A DNA stretch of 64,000 bases from Candidatus Roizmanbacteria bacterium. Lineage in GTDB: Bacteria > Patescibacteriota > Microgenomatia > UBA1406 > GWC2-37-13. The notes below the pieces were generated by a model. It did no database searches, was not told the origin of the DNA, and saw nothing but the letters and a program-made list of their open reading frames with translations. The stretch is from NCBI GenBank assembly GCA_016201695.1, contig JACQCK010000044.1, forward strand, positions 27 through 64,026, in the 5' to 3' direction. Shown here piece after piece: positions 31,700 through 41,970 of this stretch. The position numbers and the translations under genes were made by a program. Positions within the stretch are counted from its first letter, which is position 1, and every line of letters begins with the position of its first letter.

Positions 31700-33472
31700 A
31701 TGTGCGGAATTTTTGGCATTGTTAACGACGGCACTTCACAAGCCGCGCAAACCGTTCTTGACGGATTAAAAAAACTCGAGTACCGCGGATACGACTCGTG
31801 GGGTATCGCCATCATTCCCAAGTCCGGCGGGAGAATCCGGATAGAAAAGCATGTTGGTAAAATCGGCTCGGCCAAAACAACTCTTCCCGATAGCACGATT
31901 GCCATCGGCCATACGCGTTGGGCGACTCACGGCGGAGTCACCGACATCAATGCCCACCCGCACCTCGACTGCTCCGGCCAGATCGCCGTCATCCACAACG
32001 GCATCGTCGAAAATTACCAGGATCTCAAAGAAGAGTTAAAAAGAGAAAAACACACCTTTCACTCGGAAACCGACACCGAAGTCATCGCCCACGCCATTGA
32101 AGAAGAATTAAAAACAGGCCGATCAATAAATCACGCCGTCTTTAGCGTTTTTAACACCCTCGTTGGCTCAAATGCCATCGGCGTCCTCGATCTTCATGCC
32201 GGTTCAATCGTTATTTGTCGCAATGGTTCACCGCTTGCAATCGGTATCGGCAGCAACTCGTACTATCTCGGTTCCGACGTAACCGCCTTTTTAAAATTTA
32301 CCCGCCGGGTTTATTTTCTTGCTGACGGCGAAGCCGCCGTACTTACCGTAAACGGGGTCAAGCTTTATGACATTTCGTCGCAGGCCGAAAAAAAACTCGT
32401 CACCCATACCGTTGACTGGAAAGTCGAGGATGTCCAAAAAGGCGGCTACCCCCACTTTCTCTTGAAAGAGATTATCGAGCAGACGGCCACCATTAAAAAA
32501 ACCGCCCGTCTAAACGAGACCGAACTAAAACAAATCGCCAAAAAAATAGCCGACGGCGGGCGGGTAGTACTCTGCGGTTGCGGAACCGCTTTTTACTGCG
32601 CGCTTGCGGCCAAATATTATTTTTCCTTAGCCGGAATCGAGGCGCAGGCATACGGCGCCTATGAATTTTTACCTTTTGCCAAATTCGCCGACAAAAAAAC
32701 GTTGTTTATTGCTATTTCCCAAAGCGGCGAAACCGCCGATACCCTCATTGCTGCCAAAGCGGCGAAAAAAAACGGCGCCCATCTGATTGCGGTTGTCAAC
32801 GCGCGCGCCTCAACGCTCGAACGTCTGTCTGACACAATTATTGCCGTTGGCGCCGGGCCGGAAATCGCGGTCGTCTCGACCAAAGCCTTTACCGCCCAAC
32901 TGGCCACCCTTTATCTTCTTAGCCGGGCGGTCGGCGGAAAATATAAGGAAGCGCAAAAAGCCATGACCAATCTCGGCGCGGTTCTCGAAAAATGGCTTAC
33001 CCCAAAAAACAGAACGGCCATTCTTAATTTGGCCAAAAAACTGATTGATTATGAAGATATGTACCTCATCGGCAAACACCTCAACTTTCCGGCGGCCATG
33101 GAGTTTGCTCTTAAGATTAAGGAAACCAGCTATATCCACGCCGAGGCGTTTGCTTCTGGCGAACTAAAACACGGTGTCATCACTCTCATCCAAAAAGGCA
33201 CACCCTGCTTTGCTTTGTTTGCCAATGACGAAACCAGGCAGGAAGTGCTCTCAAGCGCGACCGAACTCAAGGCGCGTGGAGCAACTATTATCGGTATTTC
33301 GCCTTTTGCAGCGCCGGAATTTAATTACCATATACAGACACCGGAATTGGGAGATTTGACGATCTTCGGCAATATTATTGTCGGGCAACTGCTGGGGTAC
33401 TATTTGGGGATCGGCCGGGGCACCGATCCGGACAAGCCCCGTAATCTGGCCAAAAGCGTAACGGTAAAGTAG
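31700..33472 (+). CDS. glmS: Glutamine-fructose-6-phosphate aminotransferase
   Basis: MCGIFG, GHTRWATHG, SQSGETAD, PRNLAKSVTVK. Confidence 0.96.
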   Translation: MCGIFGIVNDGTSQAAQTVLDGLKKLEYRGYDSWGIAIIPKSGGRIRIEKHVGKIGSAKTTLPDSTIAIGHTRWATHGGVTDINAHPHLDCSGQIAVIHNGIVENYQDLKEELKREKHTFHSETDTEVIAHAIEEELKTGRSINHAVFSVFNTLVGSNAIGVLDLHAGSIVICRNGSPLAIGIGSNSYYLGSDVTAFLKFTRRVYFLADGEAAVLTVNGVKLYDISSQAEKKLVTHTVDWKVEDVQKGGYPHFLLKEIIEQTATIKKTARLNETELKQIAKKIADGGRVVLCGCGTAFYCALAAKYYFSLAGIEAQAYGAYEFLPFAKFADKKTLFIAISQSGETADTLIAAKAAKKNGAHLIAVVNARASTLERLSDTIIAVGAGPEIAVVSTKAFTAQLATLYLLSRAVGGKYKEAQKAMTNLGAVLEKWLTPKNRTAILNLAKKLIDYEDMYLIGKHLNFPAAMEFALKIKETSYIHAEAFASGELKHGVITLIQKGTPCFALFANDETRQEVLSSATELKARGATIIGISPFAAPEFNYHIQTPELGDLTIFGNIIVGQLLGYYLGIGRGTDPDKPRNLAKSVTVK

Positions 33473-33499
33473 TATTAACAGCGAAAACTAACTGGCGGG

Positions 33500-34378
33500 T
33501 TATTTTCTAAACGGTTCGACCAGTTTTTCGCCGACAAAGTTCGCCGAACACCACGCCTCGACGGGAAGTTTACCTGCCCGGGAGAAATTAGGCACAGAGA
33601 TCGGTTGCTTTCGTCCTGACACTTTTTGAAGAAACCTGCCTATCCGTCCGATAACCGGCGCGCTAGGCACAACATACAGTTCGTGTTCCCGAATGTTATA
33701 ATAATATCGACATTCTCTTCCCGGCTCCACTGACCGTGAATTGACATCTGCTATCCACTCGGGAAAATAAAAATCACCCAACTCTTCTATCACTGCGTTT
33801 CTAAGATTGGCTAAACGCGACTTTATCCGCGGCCCCGACCGCCCTTTTAAATCTACTTTAAAGCGGGCATATTCGCTTGCTAATGATTCAAACTCAGCCC
33901 GTAGCTGGTCAAACTCACCCGGCTTTGTTTTAGACAGTAAGTTAAAAGCGGCAACTATTTTTTCTAAATCGCTGGTCACCCACACAGTGTTAGAACTGCC
34001 GTCCAATTTTCTGATTTCAATAACGGGTCTTGCGCCGGTCTTTTTCCGGGCGCCATTTATACCGTCCTGGCGCAAAGCGGAGGCAGAACTTTCACCGGAA
34101 ACAGCTGCCTTCGCCGGCTCTTCTTTAACGACTCTGGCTTCCTGAATGGTCATTTCCCGCGGCCGGAAAACCGACTCCGGCGACAGTGTTATCACTTCAG
34201 GCAACACCGATCCTTTTACTTGGCAGAAGTACATTAGTAATCTGACTTTCGCCTGTGTATAGTCATGTTCGGTTTGTTGATGTACGTTGTGATAATCTGA
34301 TTGTGCATCTCTCCAAGCCACATAAGTATTATGGATCGCCAGTATGTTGGGATACCTTAACTCTCTGTCTTTAAACAT
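33500..34378 (-). CDS. Hypothetical protein
   Basis: 292-aa ORF; no recognised motif. Confidence 0.55.
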   Translation of the reverse strand: MFKDRELRYPNILAIHNTYVAWRDAQSDYHNVHQQTEHDYTQAKVRLLMYFCQVKGSVLPEVITLSPESVFRPREMTIQEARVVKEEPAKAAVSGESSASALRQDGINGARKKTGARPVIEIRKLDGSSNTVWVTSDLEKIVAAFNLLSKTKPGEFDQLRAEFESLASEYARFKVDLKGRSGPRIKSRLANLRNAVIEELGDFYFPEWIADVNSRSVEPGRECRYYYNIREHELYVVPSAPVIGRIGRFLQKVSGRKQPISVPNFSRAGKLPVEAWCSANFVGEKLVEPFRK

Positions 34379-34435
34379 ACTCGTTATTACAGCATTTTTT
34401 TTATATTTTATGGACTATGGGATTGTCAAAATAAC

Positions 34436-35338
34436 CTAAACTCTGCTATTTATGATATACGAAGAAACGGTGCGGGCGAGCTTCGTATCTTTACCGGTAA
34501 ATCCGTGGTCGGCGCCGGGAACAATCGCGTACTCAAATCCCGGCTGATATCTTTTGAGAATGGCAACGGCCCGCGGTACGTCTCCCCAGGCGTACTCATC
34601 AAGCGCGCCATATACAACAAGCGTCGGTTTTTTTATCGCTTTAAAGTAACGGAACAACGGTTTTCTCGACAGTTTTACTTTATTGATCACCTCATAAAAA
34701 GGAAAGACATTGTAGTCGCCGTTCGGATCGGCCGTATCATAAAACGCCCGATAGGAAAAAAAGTCGGCCGGCATAAGCTCGCCAATGAGCTCTTCGCCCA
34801 GGCCTTTTTCTACTTTTTCTTCAGCTTTGCGCAGTAGGGTATTAAATTTTTCTTTGCCAAAAAGTTGATAATATATCCCGGTATCGTCGCCGCCGCAAAC
34901 CGACACGTATTTTTTGACGGCATTTTTCGGCCGGTAATGATCGTAAACGCAGATTTTGTTGGCGCCGGTTGAGACGCCGATCAGATAAAATTCGCCGTAT
35001 CCCCGCGCTTTAAGAAAAGCGACGGCGGCTTCGATGTCGATAACACAGTCTTTTATTTTTTCGTAGGCCATGCCAAAAAATTTTCTTTCGGTCCGGCCGT
35101 TTTTCCAAACATCCAATTTTTTGATAAGATGCGCCCCGCGGTTGTTGAAAAAAAGGACGGCAACTCCGCCTTCGTTCAATTTATGAGCTAACTCATAGTT
35201 CTCTTTATAGAAGACCGAACTGCTGCCGTTGCCGTGAAGATAAATTGCGACCTTGGTACCGCCGGCCGGGGCAAACAAAAGACCCGGAAGCGTTAATCCG
35301 TCCGCCGTCCTAAACTGTACAAACTCCGCCGCTTTCAT
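34436..35338 (-). CDS. Alpha/beta hydrolase
   Basis: YLHGNGS, GVSTG nucleophile elbow, YGALDE, GADHGF; TACAAT 6 nt before the ATG. Confidence 0.8.
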   Translation of the reverse strand: MKAAEFVQFRTADGLTLPGLLFAPAGGTKVAIYLHGNGSSSVFYKENYELAHKLNEGGVAVLFFNNRGAHLIKKLDVWKNGRTERKFFGMAYEKIKDCVIDIEAAVAFLKARGYGEFYLIGVSTGANKICVYDHYRPKNAVKKYVSVCGGDDTGIYYQLFGKEKFNTLLRKAEEKVEKGLGEELIGELMPADFFSYRAFYDTADPNGDYNVFPFYEVINKVKLSRKPLFRYFKAIKKPTLVVYGALDEYAWGDVPRAVAILKRYQPGFEYAIVPGADHGFTGKDTKLARTVSSYIINSRV

Positions 35339-35378
35339 CAAGGTATTGTAGCATAATCTCTTCAGAAAATTGAGCTTG

Positions 35379-36260
35379 TTACAACAACCCGCCTTTAAGA
35401 ATCCGGTACTTTCTGTTTACTTCCCAAATTTGGGCTAACCGATCAAAATTCTTTTCCGGATCGAGCATAATTTTGGCCAATTTGTCAAGCTCAAGCCGAT
35501 CGTCTTCGGTAAGACTGTCCCATTTGGAATAAAGATACGCCGGACTATGCAGATAGACAATCTCATTATTCATTAAACAATGAAAATCGTAAAATAAAGC
35601 CCACCCGACCACTTTTAAACCTGCGGCCGGTTTTGCATTCCAAAAATGATCGGCGTCAACTTTTCCTTCTCTTATTGCGAGCCACGCTTTCGCCGGATAA
35701 TCAAACGCGTCGGGCGGCAAATCATACATGTCAAATCCCGTATTGTGCAGACTGCCATCAACATCTATTATGATCCACCTGCTTTCTTTGTCACTCCAGT
35801 ATTCGTTTATCCAGTGGTCCGAACTTAGGCCTTTCTCCTCGGGAAAATACGAAGCGTTTCCGGAACGAACTCGGCCGGGAATTCCTTTTGCTTTAAGAAT
35901 GCTTGCCATAAGCAAAGTAGTATGCCGGCATGTCAGTACGACCTTATTCTGTGGTTTTCTTTTCAGAGTAAATCCGCGGCTATCTCTTCGAAAAAGCTCG
36001 GCGATTATGGATACGGCGGTGTTAAAGTAATCATCCTCGGCCTGCCGCGACCAAGGAACTTTTGTCATGTCGCCATACTTTAGATCTTCGTTTGAACCGG
36101 TATTACCGGCGGCCAGAGTGGTACGATGTATCAGCTGTTTTCTTACCAGAAGACCCAATTCACGAATATTATTGGTAAGTGATTTTAAATAATTTTCATA
36201 TAATCCGGGATAGGTAAACTGACTGTATTGAAGATAGTGATCTAGTACTTTCTTATTCAT
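35379..36260 (-). CDS. Transglutaminase-like domain protein
   Basis: LTCRH, DHWINEYW, WIIIDVD (Cys-His-Asp triad). Confidence 0.75.
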   Translation of the reverse strand: MNKKVLDHYLQYSQFTYPGLYENYLKSLTNNIRELGLLVRKQLIHRTTLAAGNTGSNEDLKYGDMTKVPWSRQAEDDYFNTAVSIIAELFRRDSRGFTLKRKPQNKVVLTCRHTTLLMASILKAKGIPGRVRSGNASYFPEEKGLSSDHWINEYWSDKESRWIIIDVDGSLHNTGFDMYDLPPDAFDYPAKAWLAIREGKVDADHFWNAKPAAGLKVVGWALFYDFHCLMNNEIVYLHSPAYLYSKWDSLTEDDRLELDKLAKIMLDPEKNFDRLAQIWEVNRKYRILKGGLL

Positions 36261-36333
36261 GCTGCTTTTGCCTCGATCGAAAAACCCGGTAAAACTTTAG
36301 CTCTATTATAGCAGAGCAAAAGACGGATAATTT

Positions 36334-37038
36334 TTACCCCTTAGGCGTATTGGATTGCTCGAAAATGACAGGTTGATTTTTGCTTATCGTTTCTGCGCGA
36401 CGGACCAGTGTTTCGCTCATACCCCACCTTGCCGCGATCCAATCATGTCTTACCATCCATCCGACCAATTCCTTAAGATGTGCGTCTCCCTTTTCCGCCG
36501 CAATAACCGCCGCTTCGCATAAAGCGTTGGCGATAACGTTGGCGCGATCGCGCTCTTCTTGACGTTTTTCCGGTTGTCCGTCAGTGACCAGAACGGCGTT
36601 CCACCGGCAGTATCCATCAAGGAGAAAAAAACGGAAAACATCAGCCGGATTTCCATTATCGATACTACCCGGGTTTTGATAATATCCACCCCGAATATCC
36701 TCGTTGAGAATAGGAAGTGTAGCAAGAAGGGTTTGTGTCCATTTTTTTCTTTGGGACCGATCCGCCCAGGAAAATAACTCGGGCAGATTCGTAACCGGGT
36801 ATTTTTTACTCTCTTCAGTAGTCCCGCAAATATTCACAAGACTCGCGTCTCTTTTTTCCGGAGAACGCAATAAAAAATTAACTTCTCTGATCGCGCGGTT
36901 TAGCAAACCCACTTGGTATTTATAGAAAGGCGGTTCGCCTTGGGTAGCTGCCTCTATCGCCGTTTGCAACACGGGCTGCGCTGAAAAAAAAGGTGCCGCT
37001 TGCCTTACAGCGTCGCGTTGCCCGAGTTCTGTCAACAT
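36334..37038 (-). CDS. Hypothetical protein
   Basis: 234-aa ORF behind a consensus promoter. Confidence 0.55.
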   Translation of the reverse strand: MLTELGQRDAVRQAAPFFSAQPVLQTAIEAATQGEPPFYKYQVGLLNRAIREVNFLLRSPEKRDASLVNICGTTEESKKYPVTNLPELFSWADRSQRKKWTQTLLATLPILNEDIRGGYYQNPGSIDNGNPADVFRFFLLDGYCRWNAVLVTDGQPEKRQEERDRANVIANALCEAAVIAAEKGDAHLKELVGWMVRHDWIAARWGMSETLVRRAETISKNQPVIFEQSNTPKG

Positions 37039-37044
37039 AGTCTT

Positions 37045-37073
37045 ATTATAGGCTTATTTTTATAATTTGTCAA
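37045..37073 (-). promoter_or_regulatory. Consensus sigma70 promoter, probably giving a leaderless transcript
   Basis: TTGACA-17 nt-TATAAT, 6 nt before ATG 37038. Confidence 0.8.
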
Positions 37074-37126
37074 TGCCTGGGTCGAAGGTTGTTGTCGGAA
37101 TGAAGTTAGCGTCAGTCCGATATTTT

Positions 37127-37930
37127 TCATCCCTGGGATGCATAAGTAATATTAGGAGCTTGCTCTCTCTGGAATACATAATAATAATCTAATCTTGATT
37201 CTCGTAGACTCATTACCCTTAGATTATTGATTCCTATTTCAAAAGAGGCAGCAATAGCCGGCCGCAAATTATCAGGAACGCTCAAGTATGGGTAGGGGTC
37301 GGTTGAATCTAGTATTAGACTCCCCCAGGGACTCAACGATCTTCCTAAAATAGAATAATCTCTGTCAGGCGTAGTTGAATGAGTCAAAGCGTTGTATTCA
37401 TGTACAACGTCTAGATTTCCAGACAACTTGATGCGTTTATTTTTAACATTTATTGTTCTATTAGGTATATGACCTATATCGGTTTTTATATATTGAACCA
37501 AATGCATATTGTTCTCTAAAAATACTCGCATATTATCATCTCTTAACAGTTTACTGACGTTGGTTCGATCCGGTAAAAATTCTAGATTACTTACGATCAA
37601 CACAACTTTACCCTGCGAAACCAAATCTGAAAGAAAAATAGCGATGGCGATGCTCGATACGCCAAAGCCGCCTCCGATATCCAAATAAACAACCGGTCTT
37701 TTTATCGAAGCGTTACCCGCGAGTTCTCGAATATGCTTTACAATAGTTAATTGTATTTTTCCAAGTTCTTCAAAGCGCGGCGAACCAACGTCAAAATGAA
37801 ATCCATCTATATAAGGATACGGGGAGACTCCTGAACGTAGTTTTTCTTCACGATCTTTAAGAAGTGCTCTTGCCGCGATGACTCGTTCTCGAAAGGCCGG
37901 CCCTATCCCTTGAGGATATTCTTTTGCCAT
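37127..37930 (-). CDS. Hypothetical protein, class I SAM-dependent methyltransferase-like
   Basis: YLDIGGGFG motif I, LDVVH, SLSPWGSLIL; AT-rich. Confidence 0.55.
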   Translation of the reverse strand: MAKEYPQGIGPAFRERVIAARALLKDREEKLRSGVSPYPYIDGFHFDVGSPRFEELGKIQLTIVKHIRELAGNASIKRPVVYLDIGGGFGVSSIAIAIFLSDLVSQGKVVLIVSNLEFLPDRTNVSKLLRDDNMRVFLENNMHLVQYIKTDIGHIPNRTINVKNKRIKLSGNLDVVHEYNALTHSTTPDRDYSILGRSLSPWGSLILDSTDPYPYLSVPDNLRPAIAASFEIGINNLRVMSLRESRLDYYYVFQREQAPNITYASQG

Positions 37931-38010
37931 GACCGGTATTATATCAACTATACTTGTGACTTTGTTCGGCCGGTATTAATCGCTTTCCAACAAGATGCAT
38001 TAAATATTCT

Positions 38011-40824
38011 TTAATCCGGCCAGTGACATTTTTTATACTTTTTTCCGGAACCGCACCAACAGGGCTCGTTACGCCCCGGTCTTTTCTGGGACGCTCCGGG
38101 AGGGGTGACTCTGAACTGTCCAGGCGGCGGAACGGACGAAACCGGTTGCCCGACAGGCGAGGGGGACTTGGTCTGCCCAACCGGCGGCGATCCCTCAACC
38201 CGCTGTTTCTCTTTTTTTTCTTTTTCGGCAAAAGGATCCACTCGACTGGCTGATTTTAAGAGAAGGGCTTTTTTGGGCTCTATTTTTGACTTTGGTGGCG
38301 GCTCGCTTTTTTGAATTTCGATTTTAAACAGGCGGCGGGTAACGTCGTAGTTGATCGACGATACCAGTTTTTCAAACATACTGTACGCTTCATTTTTATA
38401 CTCAACCAGCGGATCAAGTTGGGCATACCCGCGCAAATTAATCCCTTCTCGTAATTCTTCGATCGCGGTCAAGTGCTCCATCCAGTAACGATCAATCGTC
38501 GTCAGAAAAACGCTTGAAACAATGCTGCTCCAGAGTTCTTTTCCGATATTTTTTTCAAACAGCTTATATATTTTTTGAAATTCGGCAAAGACAAACTGCA
38601 GCAGTTTTTCGTTATTTTGCGGATGAGCCAGATCTTCAATTTTCTTAGGCTGAAGCGGGAGAATAAAGAGTAATTCACTCGTAAGTTGGGCCCGATCGGC
38701 GTCGGTCACGACTTCGCCAAGAAGCAGGCTATTGACTATCGAGGTAAATTCTTCCCGGAAAATGCCGCTTATTGTCTGGTAAAATTCGGCTGGATTTTCC
38801 CGCGGCTGCATCAGAATTTTTTTTCGAAGCGAGTAAATAATTTCCCGTTGTTTATTCAAAACGTCGTCAAAGTCAACCAGGTGTTTTCGTATATCAAAGT
38901 TAAATCCCTCCACTTTAACCTGCGCCTGCTCAATCGCTTTAGAAACCATGGCGTGGGTAAGCGGCTGATCTTCGGGAAAATTAAAAAAAGTCATCAACCG
39001 CGAAATCTGCTCGCCGCCGAAAATTCGCATCAGATCGTCCTGTAAAGCAACGAAGAAACGCGTCTCGCCCGGATCGCCCTGGCGGCCACCGCGTCCGCGA
39101 AGCTGATTGTCTATCCGCCGCGACTCATGCCGCTCGGTGCCGATAACATACAGCCCGCCGAGTCTGACCACTTCGTCGTGATTTTTGGCCCATTTTTCAT
39201 ATTCTTTTTTATACTCGTTTTCTTCCCGCTGACTTTTTCTTTTTACCGTCTGATATTGGCTCGGCGGCGTCCCACCCAAAATAATATCGACGCCCCGGCC
39301 GGCCATGTTGGTGGCCACGGTGACCACCCCCTTTTGTCCGGCGCCGGCAATAATCGTCGCCTCTTCCTGATGATTTTTGGCGTTCAATATCTGGTGGGGG
39401 ATTCCTTTTTCGTTGAGCATTCGGGACAACAGTTCGTTCTTTTCAATCGAAGTCGTACCAACAAGTACCGGCCGGCCGACTTTGTAATTGGCAGCAATGT
39501 CGTTAACAACCGCTCTAAATTTCGCGCCCTCCGTTTTGTAAATCATATCCGGTTCATCGCGCCGTACCATCGGCCGGTGCGTCGGAATAGTCAAAACATT
39601 AACGTCATAAATTTTATGAAACTCTTCCGCTTCCGTCGCGGCCGTACCGGTCATACCGGCAAGTTTTTTATACATCCGGAAATAATTTTGCAGAGAAACA
39701 GTGGCCAAAGTTTTTGATTCCTTCTGGATGGCAACATTTTCCTTAGCTTCGATTGCCTGGTGAAGGCCTTCGGAAAATCGCCGCCCGTTCAGCAACCGCC
39801 CGGTAAACTCATCAACGATGATAACCTCTTGATCCTTGACAATATAGTCTTTATCCAATTTAAATAAAGTCGCCGCTTTTAGGGCCGCCTCCAGATGAAA
39901 GAGGGTATCAAAATCGCGCTCATAAATATTTTTGACGCCCAAGATCCGCTCGACTTCCTGGATACCTTTATCGGTGAGGTTCGCCGTCCGCAGTTTTTCG
40001 TCGATGACGTAGTCGGTGAGCGGCCTTAAATTTTTGACAATGCGCGCGTAGCCGTAATATTTACCTGTATCTTCTTCGTAGGGAGCCGAAATTATATGGG
40101 GCGTCCTGGCCTCATCAATGAGCACGGAATCGGCTTCGTCAATAATGGCGAAATGAAAACCGCGCTGCACCAGCTCGCGCGGATCTTGGGCCATGTTATC
40201 GCGCAGATAGTCAAAACCAAACTCTGAATTAATGCCATAGGTGACGTCGGCCAGATATGCTTCCTTTCGGGAAATGGGTCTTAGATGAATAAGGCGCCAA
40301 TCTTGAGATTTTTCGTCGGTAAAGTCGGGGTCAAAAATGAACGACTCGTCAGAAATTATGGCCGCTGTTTTTAAACCGAGAAAATGAAATACAGCGCCCA
40401 TCCAGCCGGCATCCCGGCGCGCCAGATAGTCGTTGACGGTCACCAAATGGACGCCTTTTCCTTCGAGCGCATTCAAATACAACGCGGTTGTCGCCGATAA
40501 AGTTTTTCCCTCGCCGGTTTTCTGCTCGGCGATCTTGCCTTCATGGAGCGAAACTCCAGCAATTAACTGAACATCAAAATGCTTTTCGCCGATAACCCGG
40601 CGGGCGGCTTCGCGGACTAAGGCGTAGGAAAAGGGAAGAACTTCATCTAAATTGCTTTTGCCCGATTGGACGTCTTCCTGAAGTTTTCTTGTTTCTTTCG
40701 TAAAGGCATCATCCTTAAGGCGGCGGACTTTTTCTTCGCAGGTGTTTATTTCGGTGACCCGTTTTTCAATCCGGTCAATCTCCCTGGCATTATAATCAAA
40801 GAATTTTTTGAATATATTCAGCAT
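38011..40824 (-). CDS. secA: Preprotein translocase ATPase SecA
   Basis: KTGEGKT, VTVNDYLA, DEADS, QLRGRGGRQGDPG, SEC-C motif CWCGSGKKYKKCH. Confidence 0.97.
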   Translation of the reverse strand: MLNIFKKFFDYNAREIDRIEKRVTEINTCEEKVRRLKDDAFTKETRKLQEDVQSGKSNLDEVLPFSYALVREAARRVIGEKHFDVQLIAGVSLHEGKIAEQKTGEGKTLSATTALYLNALEGKGVHLVTVNDYLARRDAGWMGAVFHFLGLKTAAIISDESFIFDPDFTDEKSQDWRLIHLRPISRKEAYLADVTYGINSEFGFDYLRDNMAQDPRELVQRGFHFAIIDEADSVLIDEARTPHIISAPYEEDTGKYYGYARIVKNLRPLTDYVIDEKLRTANLTDKGIQEVERILGVKNIYERDFDTLFHLEAALKAATLFKLDKDYIVKDQEVIIVDEFTGRLLNGRRFSEGLHQAIEAKENVAIQKESKTLATVSLQNYFRMYKKLAGMTGTAATEAEEFHKIYDVNVLTIPTHRPMVRRDEPDMIYKTEGAKFRAVVNDIAANYKVGRPVLVGTTSIEKNELLSRMLNEKGIPHQILNAKNHQEEATIIAGAGQKGVVTVATNMAGRGVDIILGGTPPSQYQTVKRKSQREENEYKKEYEKWAKNHDEVVRLGGLYVIGTERHESRRIDNQLRGRGGRQGDPGETRFFVALQDDLMRIFGGEQISRLMTFFNFPEDQPLTHAMVSKAIEQAQVKVEGFNFDIRKHLVDFDDVLNKQREIIYSLRKKILMQPRENPAEFYQTISGIFREEFTSIVNSLLLGEVVTDADRAQLTSELLFILPLQPKKIEDLAHPQNNEKLLQFVFAEFQKIYKLFEKNIGKELWSSIVSSVFLTTIDRYWMEHLTAIEELREGINLRGYAQLDPLVEYKNEAYSMFEKLVSSINYDVTRRLFKIEIQKSEPPPKSKIEPKKALLLKSASRVDPFAEKEKKEKQRVEGSPPVGQTKSPSPVGQPVSSVPPPGQFRVTPPGASQKRPGRNEPCWCGSGKKYKKCHWPD

Positions 40825-40838
40825 AGAATATCCTCATA

Positions 40839-41531
40839 TCATTTAATAAAATATTCTTGGGGGATAACAATGAATTTCGCCACCGTATACCGATTGTTGT
40901 CTTTTTGATCGGGGTTATGTCGGGCAACAAAATGGATGGTATCGCCTTCTTTCACTTTGGAAAAACCGACTCGTTCGATTTCCAGTGATTTAATGTTAAT
41001 AATTTGTTGGCGCGTGCTGCTTTCTATGTCTAGCGTCACCGTATCTTTATCGTTCGTGATCACTTTTACGGTAAAGTCGTCTTTGTTAACCTCGGTAATC
41101 TTGCCGGAATTGACGTATATAAATTCATCAACAAAAACCGCGTTGGCGGTAATGGCTCGGTCGTTTATGACTCCGTTAACGATGATATAGGCGCCGGTCT
41201 TGATTTCATCCAATTTTATTTCTTTTTTTTGAGTACCGGCAATTTGAAAATACTTAGTGAGACTGTCGTCGGTCTTGATTTCGTACTCACTAGTGTCTGG
41301 GGTTTTGATTTTGAACACTCCCGTTTTTGCAGAAACGACCGTACCGGCAACCGCCCGGTTATTTTTTTGTCTAAGTTCGGCCACTTTAGTCGCCACCTTG
41401 TCCTTAAATTTCGCAATTTCCTTATCTTCAGCGCTTGATGAAGACTGGTTAGGACTTGGTGAAATATTCACGGCCGATACCGGAACGGTTATCAGAATAA
41501 TAAGCAGTAAGCCGCCAAATATTTTTTTCAT
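40839..41531 (-). CDS. Hypothetical exported protein with repeated beta domains
   Basis: Signal peptide; two similar G-x-I/V...IK-x-GD-type modules. Confidence 0.6.
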   Translation of the reverse strand: MKKIFGGLLLIILITVPVSAVNISPSPNQSSSSAEDKEIAKFKDKVATKVAELRQKNNRAVAGTVVSAKTGVFKIKTPDTSEYEIKTDDSLTKYFQIAGTQKKEIKLDEIKTGAYIIVNGVINDRAITANAVFVDEFIYVNSGKITEVNKDDFTVKVITNDKDTVTLDIESSTRQQIINIKSLEIERVGFSKVKEGDTIHFVARHNPDQKDNNRYTVAKFIVIPQEYFIK

Positions 41532-41959
41532 AGTTCGTCAAGGTAATAAATTTTCAGCTGCTTTTCCTGACTTCGCAGTTGTGGTTCTTTTGCGTAAACG
41601 GCAATGGTAATAATGTTTTCTCCCAGGGCGAGTGGAAAGTCAATGGTAAAATCAGCTTTATCATTTCTGACAACAACATCCTTGAGCGGCGACTGAATGA
41701 TGAGAAGCGAGTTCGGATCCGTTTTACCGCGAATCGTAACCGTATTCTTCGCCGTGATCATTCCGTCGTCCGGGCTGACGATTTCCAGTAACCGCGCGTT
41801 TATGGCATTGGGAGTGATTTTAAAGGCTGTTTTTATTTCCGGCACGATTGTCTTTGCCTTCTGCAGTTGCGCCTGTCTGTTTTTGATAATCAGCGAGACG
41901 GCAATTACGGCACCAAGTAAAATACCGAAAAAAATTGCCACGGTGGTTTCTTTTTTCAT
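41528..41959 (-). CDS. Membrane-anchored Ig-like hypothetical protein
   Basis: N-terminal TM helix, SPDDG...GKTDP...LALGENIITI. Confidence 0.6.
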   Translation of the reverse strand: MKKETTVAIFFGILLGAVIAVSLIIKNRQAQLQKAKTIVPEIKTAFKITPNAINARLLEIVSPDDGMITAKNTVTIRGKTDPNSLLIIQSPLKDVVVRNDKADFTIDFPLALGENIITIAVYAKEPQLRSQEKQLKIYYLDEL

Positions 41960-41970
41960 AGCGACTAATC

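Noticed and set aside
37944..38231. 95-aa basic ORF overlapping the secA 3' end
   Set aside because: Alternate frame of the low-complexity SecA linker
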